Below are positions 52,312 to 64,000 of a stretch of DNA of 64,000 nucleotides, piece by piece. Both the position numbers and the translations under genes were made by a program. This DNA is from Podarcis bocagei (Eukaryota), in assembly GCA_964188305.1 (NCBI GenBank), contig OZ076893.1; one strand, given 5' to 3'. The first letter of the stretch is position 1. The number at the start of each line of letters is the position of its first letter. The notes under the pieces were generated by a model. The model searched no databases and was not told the DNA's origin. It saw only the letters and a program-made list of their open reading frames with translations.

Positions 52312-54589
52312 ATGAACCCCATGTTTGATGTATAAATTACCAAGTTTGTGGGGCACTGCAAAATGCAGGCTTTTCACTGCAAAAAAAAAGGCAAAACTTT
52401 GGCACAGGATTGGAGTTCTCTGTCTCTTTCTGAAGACTTCACGGACACAATGAGTCAGAAACAGGCTACACAACAAAACGCTTCCTTCTCTGTCCAACAT
52501 GTGCAATCTATTTTCCAGGGACAATCTGGAATTTACAGAAGCCATACTGGTTTCTGATTTGATCCAGCAATGTCCTGCTCCTCCCAGGATGTCCCTATTT
52601 TAATCAGAGAAATGTTGGAGGGTATGGAGTTATCTGACCCCTGAGTCATCTGAAGGCAGCCCTGTATAGGGAAGCTTTTTATGTTTAATGTTTTTATATA
52701 TGGTGGAAGCCGCCCAGAGTGGCTGGGGCAACCCAGTCAGATGGGTGGGATTTAAATAGTAAAATTATTATTATTATTATGGAATAGGACGTACCTATTT
52801 TCATCAAAGAAAATAGAAGGGGTGAAGGGTATGCAAGTCCAGTGGGCAATACTGCATGAAGGAATTATTTTTAGCTTCATGATCTTCATAAAAACAGCTG
52901 CTGTTCAAAGTGCTTGTTGCCAGCTAATTTGGCAGTGGTGTGAGTTTAGTATCAGCCCCACTGCATTGCATTGGCCATATCAAGGCGGTCAAAATCCACA
53001 AAACCAGTAGGGGGGGGCTGCTGGCAGTCACTGGCGCAGGGCGCTTGCCTGGAGGGCACCGGGAGAAGGACGCAACAGCTGCCGGCACCAATCCTGAAAG
53101 CAGTGCGGGGCTTGCCAGGGCACCAGTGGGCAGGGGTCGCTGCCGAGGGGCACCCCACGCACAGCCCTGTCCCCTGGGTGCGTCCAAATCCAGGACCGGG
53201 GAGCAGTAGAACATTATTGAGTTTACAGATGGTAAACTCACAGATGGAAGCTTAATCTTTAGGTTTCTGGATTAAGGTTTTACTCTGATTGAAGGACAAA
53301 TTCCCAGTCACCGCCAATCGCGAATGCAGCCAAATCTCTTCATCATTAAGCCCGTTAGCCGAAAAGAAGCAGATATTCTTTCAGCTTCAGCTTTCTCATA
53401 TGTATAAAAATATTCATTATATTTAGCAGCCCTCAGTATCACTGCCAATCTCCTTGGAAGCCAAGCTGAAGGTAAGGAATGAGGCAGGGGTGTAGAATGG
53501 AAGGGGTCTAAAAGGATGGCTGGATAATCATAAAATCGTAGAATTGTAGGATTGGAAGGGACCATCTAGTCGAACCCCCTGCAAGGCAGGAATCTTTTGC
53601 TCAATGTGGGGTTCTAACCCCCAGCCCTGAAATTAAGACGCTCATGCTCTACTGTGCTACCCAGGTTCATTTACAAGCTACTTCCTTGGGATATTTACAT
53701 TCCAGAATAAAATTCTGGTTATTTTAGATTTAAATTAAAGCTGAATTCAACCTTGACAGTTTCTGTATAGATATGTAATTGGAGTATGATTTGAGACATA
53801 CCTAAAATTACATGTATGTTCCCTTTTAAAAGCAGGAGAGAGTGAAGAATTCTGTGTTGCAATATACAATCGCCATATTTGCTGGCAGTCAGACCTTCCC
53901 TATATATTTCAGGAAAGCTGGAACCACAGAAGGTTGATTGGCATGAGCATGGTCTAGTAAACGGGGGGAATTTACAATATAGACTTTATACTATTTGCTT
54001 CATTTGCAAACACGTAAGCAGAATGACTGGAAGCAAACAGGCACTCCTCTAAGCAAACATAACCACTGTGTGTCAGATTCCGAGAGAGGAACGTCAAACG
54101 ACATCCCAGCTTAGCTAACTGCAGTCCAGCTCAACTCTCAACACTCTCTTTCTCATCTGTTGCTGATAGCGTTCCTGACTTGCTGGGGATTGAGATAACT
54201 ACCTCCCAGGTTCCGATTGACCCCTATTCCTCTCTCTGCCTAGCTATCAGTCTCTTACCATCTCTGCCGCTAAGAGGAAGGAGCAGGTTGAGGCAAAAAG
54301 GCTTTGTCCTGACCGTCACCTTTACACCTGCACTGGGAATGGGCCGGTTGCACCAGGCTGAGTTGGCACTTCTACAGGACTCCAGGTAAAGGGCATCCCC
54401 TTTCGATGCCGGTGAGTATGGGGCTTGATAGACCATGCTGTGATGTGAATGAGGACCAGATGTCCATCAGGCACTCTGCCACTTCCCATTCCACAGAAGG
54501 CTATCTGTTGATCTCCCATATGGGCTATGATGTAGAGATCAGCCTATGCTGTTGTTAACAACATGCAGCACAAACAGAAGTTGCAGTTA

Positions 54590-54758
54590 CCGTATTTTTT
54601 GCACCATAACACTCACTTTTTTCCTCCTAGAAAGTAAGGGGAAATGTCTGTGCGTGTTATGGAGGGAATGCCTACGGGTGGCATGCCTACGGATTTTCCT
54701 CCTCTAAAAACTACGTGCGTGTTATGGTCGGGTGCGTGTTATAGAGCGAAAAATACGG
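54590..54758. mobile_element. CCGTA-terminated MITE
   Basis: TA-ccgtattttt...aaaaatacgg-TA. Confidence 0.85.
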
Positions 54759-56491
54759 TATATCCTTGTTTAACAAAACCTTTCTCACTCGCTGAATGAA
54801 ATCAGCCCTGCCCACTTGCTGACGGAGCCAGTCTCTTTTACATGTTTGGATGAGCAGACATTCCTGGGTCTGTTCCTTTAATGTGGATTTCGTCTGTCTC
54901 AAGTTGCACTCTCTGAATTCCAGATTAACTAGGAGAATGTCTTATATTGCAGAATCAGACTATTCATAGATTGCCATGGCTTTCCACTCCTTCAGTCATT
55001 TTTTTATGTATTGCCAATGTTTGTATGTGCACTGATAAAATGATGCACAAACCAGTTTTGATTTGATGGTGCATATTGCTGCACATACACAATATGGATA
55101 TTGCTTGCAATAGCTTATCAGTATGTATACATGAACAGATAAAATGCTACCAAAAAAAGTCAAAGAGCCTTCATGCAATCATAAGTAAAAACATGTCAAA
55201 GTGGTTTGTTTGCACATTAATGTGGATGTGCACATAAGAAACAGGATGGGAGATGAATAGGATGGATGAACATATGAAATTCATACCTGAAGCAAACAGC
55301 ATTAAGTGCTGTCTTTGTATAAATTTGGAAATAAGAAACAGAACAATAGAGGATTTCTAATGTATTGGTTCCACTTTGGAAATATGACCAGATTATTCAG
55401 AACTGGAAACTCTGTGGGGTGGAGGGAAACAGATGAGGGAGGGGACAAATTTTGGAAGTGTCTGTTGATTTTCCTTGTCAAACTGGTGGCTATATTTCAT
55501 GAAGGGCTAGTTACTTAATGAAGATTCCAACCATATGAATGGGAGCTTTGCAAGGTCTCAGTGATTTGCATGGAAAAAGAAAGGGTTATATGTCAGTGGC
55601 AGAGCTGGTTATTTGGATCAAGGGAGAATTTCATATGGGGAGGATTTTGTAAGCATTTTACTATAAATATGTTAAAACACTGAAAAATCAAATAAACGAG
55701 ACTACAGAACAGATGGATAAATTTTACAGAAGGGAGACTCACTTACTTTTATAGAAGTTTTCAGTGGAAGGTCTTGGGGCCAAACCTCTCTCCCTACCTC
55801 CACTTGCCAAGACAAAAAGGGGTGAAGGGAATAGTTCCTGTGATAAGAGGACTTGCTTGTGGTCAATTGGGGGGCTTGATTTTGTTGCTCTGGACTGTCA
55901 TCCCATCCTTGGTTCCTGTATATTAAACTGCTTTATTGCCTTGGGCTTTATTATTGCTGCTATGATGATGGTGATGTTTGCTGTATGATGAATACAGCTG
56001 TCAAGAAGTGGTCCCCTTTTGTGAAGAAGTCATGGTTAAGGATTTTCTTGGGTCTGTAGCCCAAATGTAACTTAGAAGCTCACATACTGTTAGTCACAGT
56101 GTCCCCTGAATCATACAACTCTTGTTTCCATCAGTTACGAAGACTTTGATTTAAGGCAGAGTTTAACAAGTTATGGCAATCATAACAAAGTTGAAAAAGT
56201 AAAGAAGCTCAATCTGCTCCTGAAATGTATTTAACTCTTTCTGATGCAGCCTTTGCCAACTGGCTGGGCTGGCTGGAGTTACAGTCCAGAACACCTGGAG
56301 GGTGTCAGGTTGACAAAGGCTGTTCTGAGGCATGAGCAGCTGGATCTTTTACCAAAACATGACAGGGAATAAAGCAGCACAACATGCAGCCTGTCTGTCA
56401 GGTACAGTTAACTGAAGCAACCTGCTATAATGCATTTTAAGACTGTTTTTCTTTGTCCCAGGTGAATACACTTCCTTTCTAATGCTCTGCA

Positions 56492-56878
56492 ATGAATTTT
56501 TCTGTTGCAAACAATCATCTGAGGCAACACGATGACCAGGATTTTGTTGACCTCATCCAGGAATCTGTCGTAACAAGAAAAGGAGATGGCCTTACCATGA
56601 TCTCCATCATTGTTGCTGTTTTTGTCCTCTTGGCGATTATAATCATTGTGACTGTACATTATGGTCCAAAACTACGTACTATCCAGATCACTCTGTACCA
56701 TGAGCCCATGCCACAAGACATGGATAATGGAGTCCAATTAAAAGACTGGAAGAAACTTGGTTCCCACAGAAAAAGCAGCGTGCAATCTGCTCTGACATTG
56801 GAGAACAGCAATGCTTCTGGTCTGAACACTCAGTGTGCAAGTGGAGAGCTAAATGTTATAGAGATTACTTACTTGTGA
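56492..56878 (+). CDS. SMIM33: Small integral membrane protein 33, 128 aa, single TM helix
   Basis: [30 protein letters not shown] matches human [30 protein letters not shown]; splice acceptor at 56461 with an in-frame stop before the ATG; lies between ECSCR and STING1 as in human. Confidence 0.88.
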   Translation: [128 protein letters not shown]

Positions 56879-59710
56879 AAAGGCCTCTGGTGTTTCCTGG
56901 CAGCCCCCAGGGAGTTTCATCTGACATGGCAAAGCCCTGGTTGGTTTCTGGTGTACAGAGATAGGCAGTTGGCATGTTCCCTCCTGGTCTACTGGTTTAA
57001 GCCCATTGGCTCCATTGTTTATTGGGGAATTTAGGTGATGAAACAAGAGGGACAACAGCTAAGGTGCAGAAAAGCTCAGGGTGTGCACTGGGGTCTCTTT
57101 GTGGCAGTGATAGCAATGAAGAAAAATTACTTATCTTCTACCATTGTATCCATGCAGTGTCATCCAGTGACTAGAGACCTTTTCCATTTGCATCCCCAAG
57201 ATGGATTTCCAGAGCCATTGGTGGCCTACTGTAACTCATTTGGGAAACATTTCACAGATAATACCACTCAGACCCCTACTAACTTGGATGACAACATTAT
57301 GGGCAGTGCAGATGAAAGTATGCTGCGGAAAGTGTGGCGCAGGCCCCGTATATTCATTTTTTGCCCATTATGTTTAATAACATCTACATGATTTGGAATG
57401 ATTAGCTGAATTCATTATACTTGATAACGGTGCCTTGAGAGAAGCATGATCCTAGCATCTTTGAAGGTGGCAGCTGTGGGACCCCTCTTCAAAAAGTCCT
57501 CCTTGGACTTAGGTGATTTTTCTAGGTTTCTGTTGAACCCTAGCCCCCCCCCGCCCCCCCCCCTTCTTGGGCAAGTGCTCAAGCAGCTGGTAGCTGCCCA
57601 ATTCCAGGAAGTCTTGGAAGGAAGGGATTATCTGGGCCCTCTCTATTCCAGATGAAACAGTGGACATTCTGAACAGGTGCTGGGATGGGAGTTTGTAATA
57701 GTTTGATAGTAGAAAATAAAGTGAAGCTGAATCTGGTCAATACTGTACTACCTTGAGATTCTATACCCCATGAGAGATCTATTAATTAGGCTTAGGCATT
57801 CTTATGCTGATACCTAATTCTCCATAGGATGTGACACTTAAACCAGCCTTCCTCAACCTGTTCCCTTCTGCTTGTGTGTCACCTGAATCCCTTCCTAAGC
57901 CACTTTTTGCCATGTTTTGATGCAACTCAAGTCAGCAGTGGGTAACCTACAGCATGTGCACCTGATTAGGCCTCCAAGGTCTCCCGATCTGGCCTGTAAG
58001 GTAGATTTGGGGGGGACGACGCTTACCTGTGCATCACCTGACATCATATGATAGCAGGTGTTGGAGTGCTGAAGCCATAGCACCAGACTTCAGTGCACTC
58101 CACAAATGCCCCCAATCCTTCCTTTCCAGCCATTGCTTATTTTGGTACATTTTTCTGTTGCCTGAGTGCTGAGAAAGAGGAGTACCAAATTTAAAAAGTG
58201 CCAAATTGAAGCTAGAAAAGACAAATCAGGGTCACACACTCTGGATTTTTCCTTTGCAGCTGCAATTTGAATTCAAGCTGTGGCTGCAAAGGAAGAAAGA
58301 CTCAGATGTGCACATCCACACCTGCAGTCCAAGTAATAGTATTTCATTGCATTATATACCAGGTTGGGGAAGGAGGAGACAGATTATGTCACTAAGGATA
58401 TTAGAGAGATGCCTGAGATGATGTCAGTTGACAACTGCATATAGACTTTCTTTTGTACAGCCGGCAGGGTCAAAATGAAAATACATGTTCATGTAAAATA
58501 TGGCTTGTTCCATTTGTAATACCCGCTGCTGTACTTTGGAGTTCCATATATCTATCTGTAATCAACACACAATTTCCACACCCAGTAAACTGATTGCCCT
58601 CTTGGTGATTGTTGTCATAGATATAGATGAATATAATGTATTGACTTACAATGTCCATAGTATTTCTTACCAGAGGTATCTGAAGACATTCTTTTCACTA
58701 ATTTCCAACCGAAAACAGCCTTGCAGTTATTGGTAAATTATTCACAAATATATAGTCTATTTCTTAAGCATTGAGAAGTGAGAGAAGTACAGGGGAGGAG
58801 GTGGGGAAAGAGACTTCCCCGGTTTACACTTTCTTTCCACCCCCCTGTTCCCCTTTTATGTACAGATGTTTTCTCACCTCTGGAATTGTCATCCTTTCTC
58901 CACTCACTTGCCATGCAGTGTAGAGAAATATTGCTGTCAAATTGCCAGTGTTTCTATGTTATCCTGTGTTTTTCAGACTGGATTTGTGGTAAAAATTTTG
59001 CAAGCTCACTGTCTGCAGTGGCTTTTAACATACAATTCTCTGAAGCATCTCAAAGTACATCCCTGCTTTTGTTCAAGGTGTTTTCAACCCAAGGCTTACA
59101 TTATCTCCTTGTAGGAATGGATTTAGACACTAGGAGAGGATATATAGTTTAGTTATTATCCTTCCTTGCTCATGTTAGTGAGATCACCAGGGCACCATCC
59201 TTTGCAGCTTGGAAGCTAAGACTAGGTGGATTTAACCTTCTAGAAATGCTTTAAGGCAGACTGGATTTTTCTTGGTATTACTCCATTTCTCCCTCTTAAA
59301 AACAACAATCACACACACATTGTTTTGTGAAGAAATAAAAGTAGTATTTACTTACACAGTCTAGGTCTTGAAGCAGCAGTTACAGCAGCAAAATGAAGGC
59401 AGGTTTAGAACTACTAAGTTACAAAAGTACAAAAATGTAATTTTCAAAAATGGTGTCTGAGCTGCCTAGACAGGAAGGAAATATGTATGTATGTAGTATT
59501 ACAGCTTCCTGCCAAGGCAGACAAAGGAAGTGATCTCACAGAATTTTCTCTAGCAAATGTTACAAGAAAGCTCTAAACATGTCAAGTGGAGGAACAAAAA
59601 CAGGAATAGAAACTGACATTGGGGCAATCTGAGAAAATATTCAAGGGGTAATTAAGAGGCTATTCATCACTCATTCCTCAACTGGAAACAACAGGAAGCC
59701 AGGGTAGGCT

Positions 59711-59716
59711 TTTATT
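59711..59716 (-). terminator. Candidate STING1 polyadenylation signal (AATAAA on - strand)
   Basis: tttatt on + strand about 760 nt past the stop codon. Confidence 0.3.
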
Positions 59717-60476
59717 TGTTGCCAGATATATTTGCTGAATTAAACTTACTTTGCAGCAAGCATTATAAAAGCGTCTTGGCCATGAGAAAGGGCACTGCCA
59801 CATCTCAAAGCCACAAATGAAAGCATTTCCTCAGCCTATCTAGTGGCTCTAGTGTGGATCCAGCCTCTTACACCACACCCACCTGTTTTCTCCTACACAA
59901 ATACTCAGCCCCCCCTCTCTCACACACAAAGAGCATGGTCCATGTAGAGGCAAAGCCACACAGACTCTCATCCTCTGGATTACTATTTTGGTAACCTTAA
60001 TGATTCAAAACAATAATTGGTTGCTAGGAGAGAAACAAACAAACAAAACCTGGACATATCTTTTTAGTAGCTTTTAGGTATGAAGTCCTCACAGATTTCA
60101 TGGTATCTTAGAAAAACAGGCCTTGATATTAAGTCAGGGGAGAAGCTGTTTTCTTCTCTCATCACCTTTGTCCATAATATTTGGAACAACTTTGAAGAGG
60201 CAGAAGGGAGAAAGGCATTAAAGGAAGCCACACCTTCATACGAAAGAACCATCCATAAATGTTTGTCTTATTCCAACATATCTCCATGCCCACAAAGTCT
60301 CAGAGGTGGCCCTGCCTCAATTTTTACCAACATCTTCATGCTTTCTAAAAGGGTTTTAGGTCTTGTTGGGGTCAGTCTGCATGTATTAAAATTTGGTACT
60401 ATTAGGTTTCATCTGGAAGCAATCCTCATGATTTCCACAAGAAGGGACATGGAGCTGTGAGATGGGGGCCATTATT

Positions 60477-60664
60477 TCAGTAGCCAGAACTATGCAAAGA
60501 CATGGGATGATCAGAGCCACTAATCAGGAGCTGAGTCCCGTATGATTCAGCATTATGTATGCTGCCTTCATACTTTTCATCCATGGTATACTCCTCCTGG
60601 AGCTCCTGTTCCATGTGTCTTAGGATAGCCTTGGACAGGAAGTGCTTGTCATTTTCTTCTGAAT
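60477..60664 (-). CDS. STING1: STING1 last coding exon (DSEENDKHFLSKAILRHMEQELQEEYTMDEKYEGSIHNAESYGTQLLISGSDHPMSLHSSGY*)
   Basis: ttccccag acceptor in correct phase 1; LS-x-x-ILRH, QEE and LLIS motifs; TGA at 60477-60479; absent from the ORF track. Confidence 0.93.
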
Positions 60665-61956
60665 CTGGGGAAACAAAACCAGTTGTGACTGCACTGGTCT
60701 TTTCATAGGAAAATGTGAAGCCCTGCAGCTAACTGCTAGAAGAGCACTCTCAGTTGCATCAAGACAGATAGCTGTGTTATCTTTTCAAGTCTATCTATTA
60801 CTACCCAGATTTGATTTGATTTTGCCTCGGAAACTTTAGGTAGAGTGTGTGGTAAAGATCTATGTATCAACAGCACCATCCTGGTGGAGCTGCAGCCCTT
60901 GAATTGCCAACTACACCAACAATCATTCCCAGGAGCTGCATAGATCTCTAAGGTAGATCTATAGCATGATGAAGATCTCACAATATGCTTGCAGGAAGCC
61001 GGAGTACAGAACTCGCATGTTAGAAAAGCCTCATTAACTCTGCAGCAGGTGGTCTCAAAATTTTGTCACAGCACACAATCCCTAATCCAGAAAACAATGA
61101 TGTTGACTTCCGTCTGTGTGTTTCAAGTGCAATCTTTCCCACTCCTTTACAAAGTTAAAAACCAAAGTGCTAAAATGGTACATTATATTCATGCTTAATT
61201 TTTAACTGCCATTGACCCCTTGTTGGAGGATATCCAACAAGGGGTCTTCCTTTCTAGGAGGTTTTCTATCTTGCCCAAACACTGTATAGGTTATTTCTTA
61301 TCACATGGTTGAGAAATCCCTTGTGCACTTTCGTTTTGTCATAATATAGGTAAGCCTGCCATCCTTCCACTTAGTTTTTCTTGGAAATCACTAACAGATT
61401 CTCTTCATGCAGCTCTGTGTCACTTCAGGTTACGTTTCCTTTCTTATCCAATTATTTTCTTTAGTTGTCAAGTCTTTTTTTTCAGGTTTCTTCAGTCTCG
61501 ACCTGGGTCTTTGTTTCCAGGGGTGCTGCTGCTACTCGAGTCACGTCCAGGGCTTTCTGTCACGGAAGGGGTTTGGGCACCTTGCGCTCGGTTTCTAGCC
61601 TCTCCGGCCCCCTTCCAAATTGTCAGGGGTTTGGTAGGGAGACCAGGCAGCACTGTGGGGTGCTTTTAGAGGCTCTGGCTTATCTCCAGAGCTTTTGGGG
61701 AGGTGTGGAGCCCACGCTTTACTCCTCTCTCCCTCTGCAGTAGCCTGATCTCGCTCAGAGCAAGCGTAACGAGCTGTGATCTCTTTGTGTGGTAGACCGG
61801 AAGTCTGAGTTTCTGATATATGTTATGTCATAAAAAAAGATGTCTTGTTCTTATTAAGAGAAATTCAAAAGGCAAAAATGAAATATGCCAGAATATACAG
61901 CTGAATATTTAAAAAACCTTTCATCACATACAGTAGGTACATTCAAGGGGGGGGGA

Positions 61957-62336
61957 GTAAAGATAAAAGACCCCTGGATGGTTAAGTCCAGTCAAAGGCG
62001 ACTATGGGGTTGCGGCCCTCATCTCACTTTTCAGGCCGAGGGAGCCAGCGTTTGTCTACAGACAGCTTTCCGGATCATGTGGCCAGCATGACTAAATCAC
62101 TTCTGGTGCGACGGAACACCATGACGGAAGCCAGAGCGCACAGAAACGCAGTTTACCTTCCTGCTGCAGCAGTACCTATTTATCTACTTGCAGTGGTGTG
62201 CTTTCAAACTGCTAGGTTGGTAGGAGCTGGGACAGAGCAATGGGAGCTCATCTCATCACAGGGATTCGAACCGCCGACCTTCTGATCAGCAAGCCCAAGA
62301 GGCTCAGTGGTTTAGACCAAAATGCCACCCGCTCCC
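61957..62336 (-). mobile_element. Sauria SINE
   Basis: Full-length homology to 63428-63788; tRNA-like head with ggttcgaatccc B-box. Confidence 0.9.
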
Positions 62337-63114
62337 TAGATTCACAGAAAGCAGTATCATTGAGTAGTGATTTCAGCACTGTTTATGACTCACTGAGTAA
62401 CTGCTCTAAGGGAATGTACATTTATTTGCAAAAGTATTCATGTATCTCAGTAAAGCACAAGATTGTATGAAAATGTATCTATGTGGTACACAAAATCTTA
62501 ATTAAAACCAAAACCAAATAACAAATACCACTCCAATATCAAAGGTAGAAACTATACATTCTCTTTATAGAAAGTGTGCTTTCTCACTCAATAATCATAA
62601 TTTTGATTACAAAAATGTTTTGCAGAATTCAGCTGAGAAAACAAAGGTGAATCCATTCTTTGTACAAGCCATCCCTACATATCTTCCTTAGTAGGTGAGG
62701 CAAGACAGAGGGAGTTCAACAGGCTACAGGTACCCAGGACAAATATCTCATGGCCGTAGTTCACTAAAAACATCAATTAGATTAAGATGCTTTCCAACGT
62801 GCTAAATCTTTATGTGCATTTGTATTCCTATAGCCTTGCTGCTGCACATTAAACTCTCTGGATCTAGGCAGAAATCCAGCCTGAGATGAGAAGAGAATAA
62901 TAAATCTATGACCTTCTAAAACCACGGGCAGAAGACATAAGAACAGAGAGGAAGCTCTTTCTGAGTTCCCAAAGCACACTGAGATCAGGTCTTTTCTGGT
63001 GTAGAAAGAAAGGCTCTACCTGCCACAGGATCCCTTCCTGGAACTAAGCTTGTAGCCTCCTCCTTGCCCCCACCACTCCAAAACAAATAGCCAGACTGTC
63101 ATCCCATTTCTTAC

Positions 63115-63301
63115 CATCATATACAATGAGCCGGTAGCAGCCAGAACAGTATTTAGATCTCTGTAAGATTTCTTCCAGTGCTCTGCAGAAAAGCTTGGCT
63201 TGTTCCAAACGGTCTTGACAGCTGAAGGCAGCACTTTCATCTTGGGACATGGCAAAGAGGGACCGCAGAGGAGTGGCATACTCCATAACACAAAAATGTT
63301 T
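63115..63301 (-). CDS. STING1: STING1 penultimate coding exon ([62 protein letters not shown])
   Basis: cctctag/gtaaga junctions, 187 nt; matches human CVLEYATPLQTLFAMSQ...[17 protein letters not shown]. Confidence 0.96.
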
Positions 63302-63427
63302 CTAGAGGAATGGGGAGAAGGGCAATCCCAGTGTTATCAGGGTGGCATTTAGACTATTGCTTGAGGAATTGCTGGTTGCTTTCACATCAGCACTAACATT
63401 CTCAGAAGTGTTACTTCATAATCTGTA

Positions 63428-63788
63428 AAAAGGTAAAGGACCGCTGATGGTTAGGTCCAGTTGCGGACGACTCTGGGGTTGCGGCGCTCATCTTGCTCTA
63501 TAGGCCAAGGGAGCCGGCATTTGTCCGCAGACAGCTTCCGGGTCATGTGGCCAGCATGACTAAGCCACTTCTGGTGAACCAGAGCAATGCACGGAAACGC
63601 TGTTTACCTTCCCGCTGGAGCGGTACCTATTGATCTACTTGCACTTTGACGTGCTTTCGAACTGCTAGGTTGGCAGGAGCAGGGATCGAGCAACGGGAGC
63701 TCACCCCATCGCGGGGATTCGAACCACTGGCCTTCTGATCAGCAAGCCCTAGGCTCAGTGGTTTAGACCACAGCGCCACCCGTGTCCT
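63428..63788 (-). mobile_element. Sauria SINE, full length, in STING1 intron
   Basis: 13-bp TSD ttcataatctgta at 63415-63427 and 63789-63801; lacertid-type head. Confidence 0.92.
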
Positions 63789-64000
63789 TTCATAATCTGT
63801 ACCAGAACCTAAAAACCTGCATAGGAGGTGAAGATGCCTTGGTCAACCTTCACTGGAAGATAACTATAGGGAATGTGATCATGTCAGTTCTCCTAGACTT
63901 CTTTGTAGTTTTTGATACTAGCAACTATGCTTTGCTTCTGAACTGATTAGTTGGCTTGAGAGTGAGGACTCTATTTGGGGAATCCCACTCCTATCTGACT

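Noticed and set aside
51765-52361. 198-aa and other minus-strand ORFs over BovB
   Set aside because: Antisense shadow ORFs of the RT reading frame.
54070-54520. Fragments resembling retroelement pol (KGMPFTWSP; ERGCPLPG)
   Set aside because: Motifs are short, in different frames and point to different clades; unassignable.

Overview
Vertebrate genomic DNA, very likely from a lacertid lizard (Sauria SINEs, BovB, L2, Penelope and many Tc1/mariner MITEs). Four spliced genes can be reconstructed with consistent GT-AG junctions and reading phases. (1) The last 13 coding exons of a FAM193A-like gene (+, 6970-34696). (2) ECSCR (-, about 36.7-46.3 kb). (3) SMIM33 (+, single coding exon 56492-56878). 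(4) The last two coding exons of STING1/TMEM173 (-, 63115-63301 and 60477-60664). The ECSCR(-)/SMIM33(+)/STING1(-) order matches human 5q31.2, but the FAM193A-like neighbour does not, and its protein looks divergent, so it may be a paralogue. The most notable observations are as follows. The STING C-terminal tail keeps the IRF3 pLxIS motif but has a degenerate TBK1-binding motif, and the protein has Cys at the position equivalent to human R281, a SAVI site. A Penelope-derived palindromic insertion carries a minimal hammerhead ribozyme. An ECSCR intron contains a 98-bp near-perfect inverted repeat with a target-site duplication. An old inverted duplication of about 5 kb lies in the ECSCR-SMIM33 divergent intergenic region. 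All gene identifications rest on remembered protein sequences; no database searches were run.
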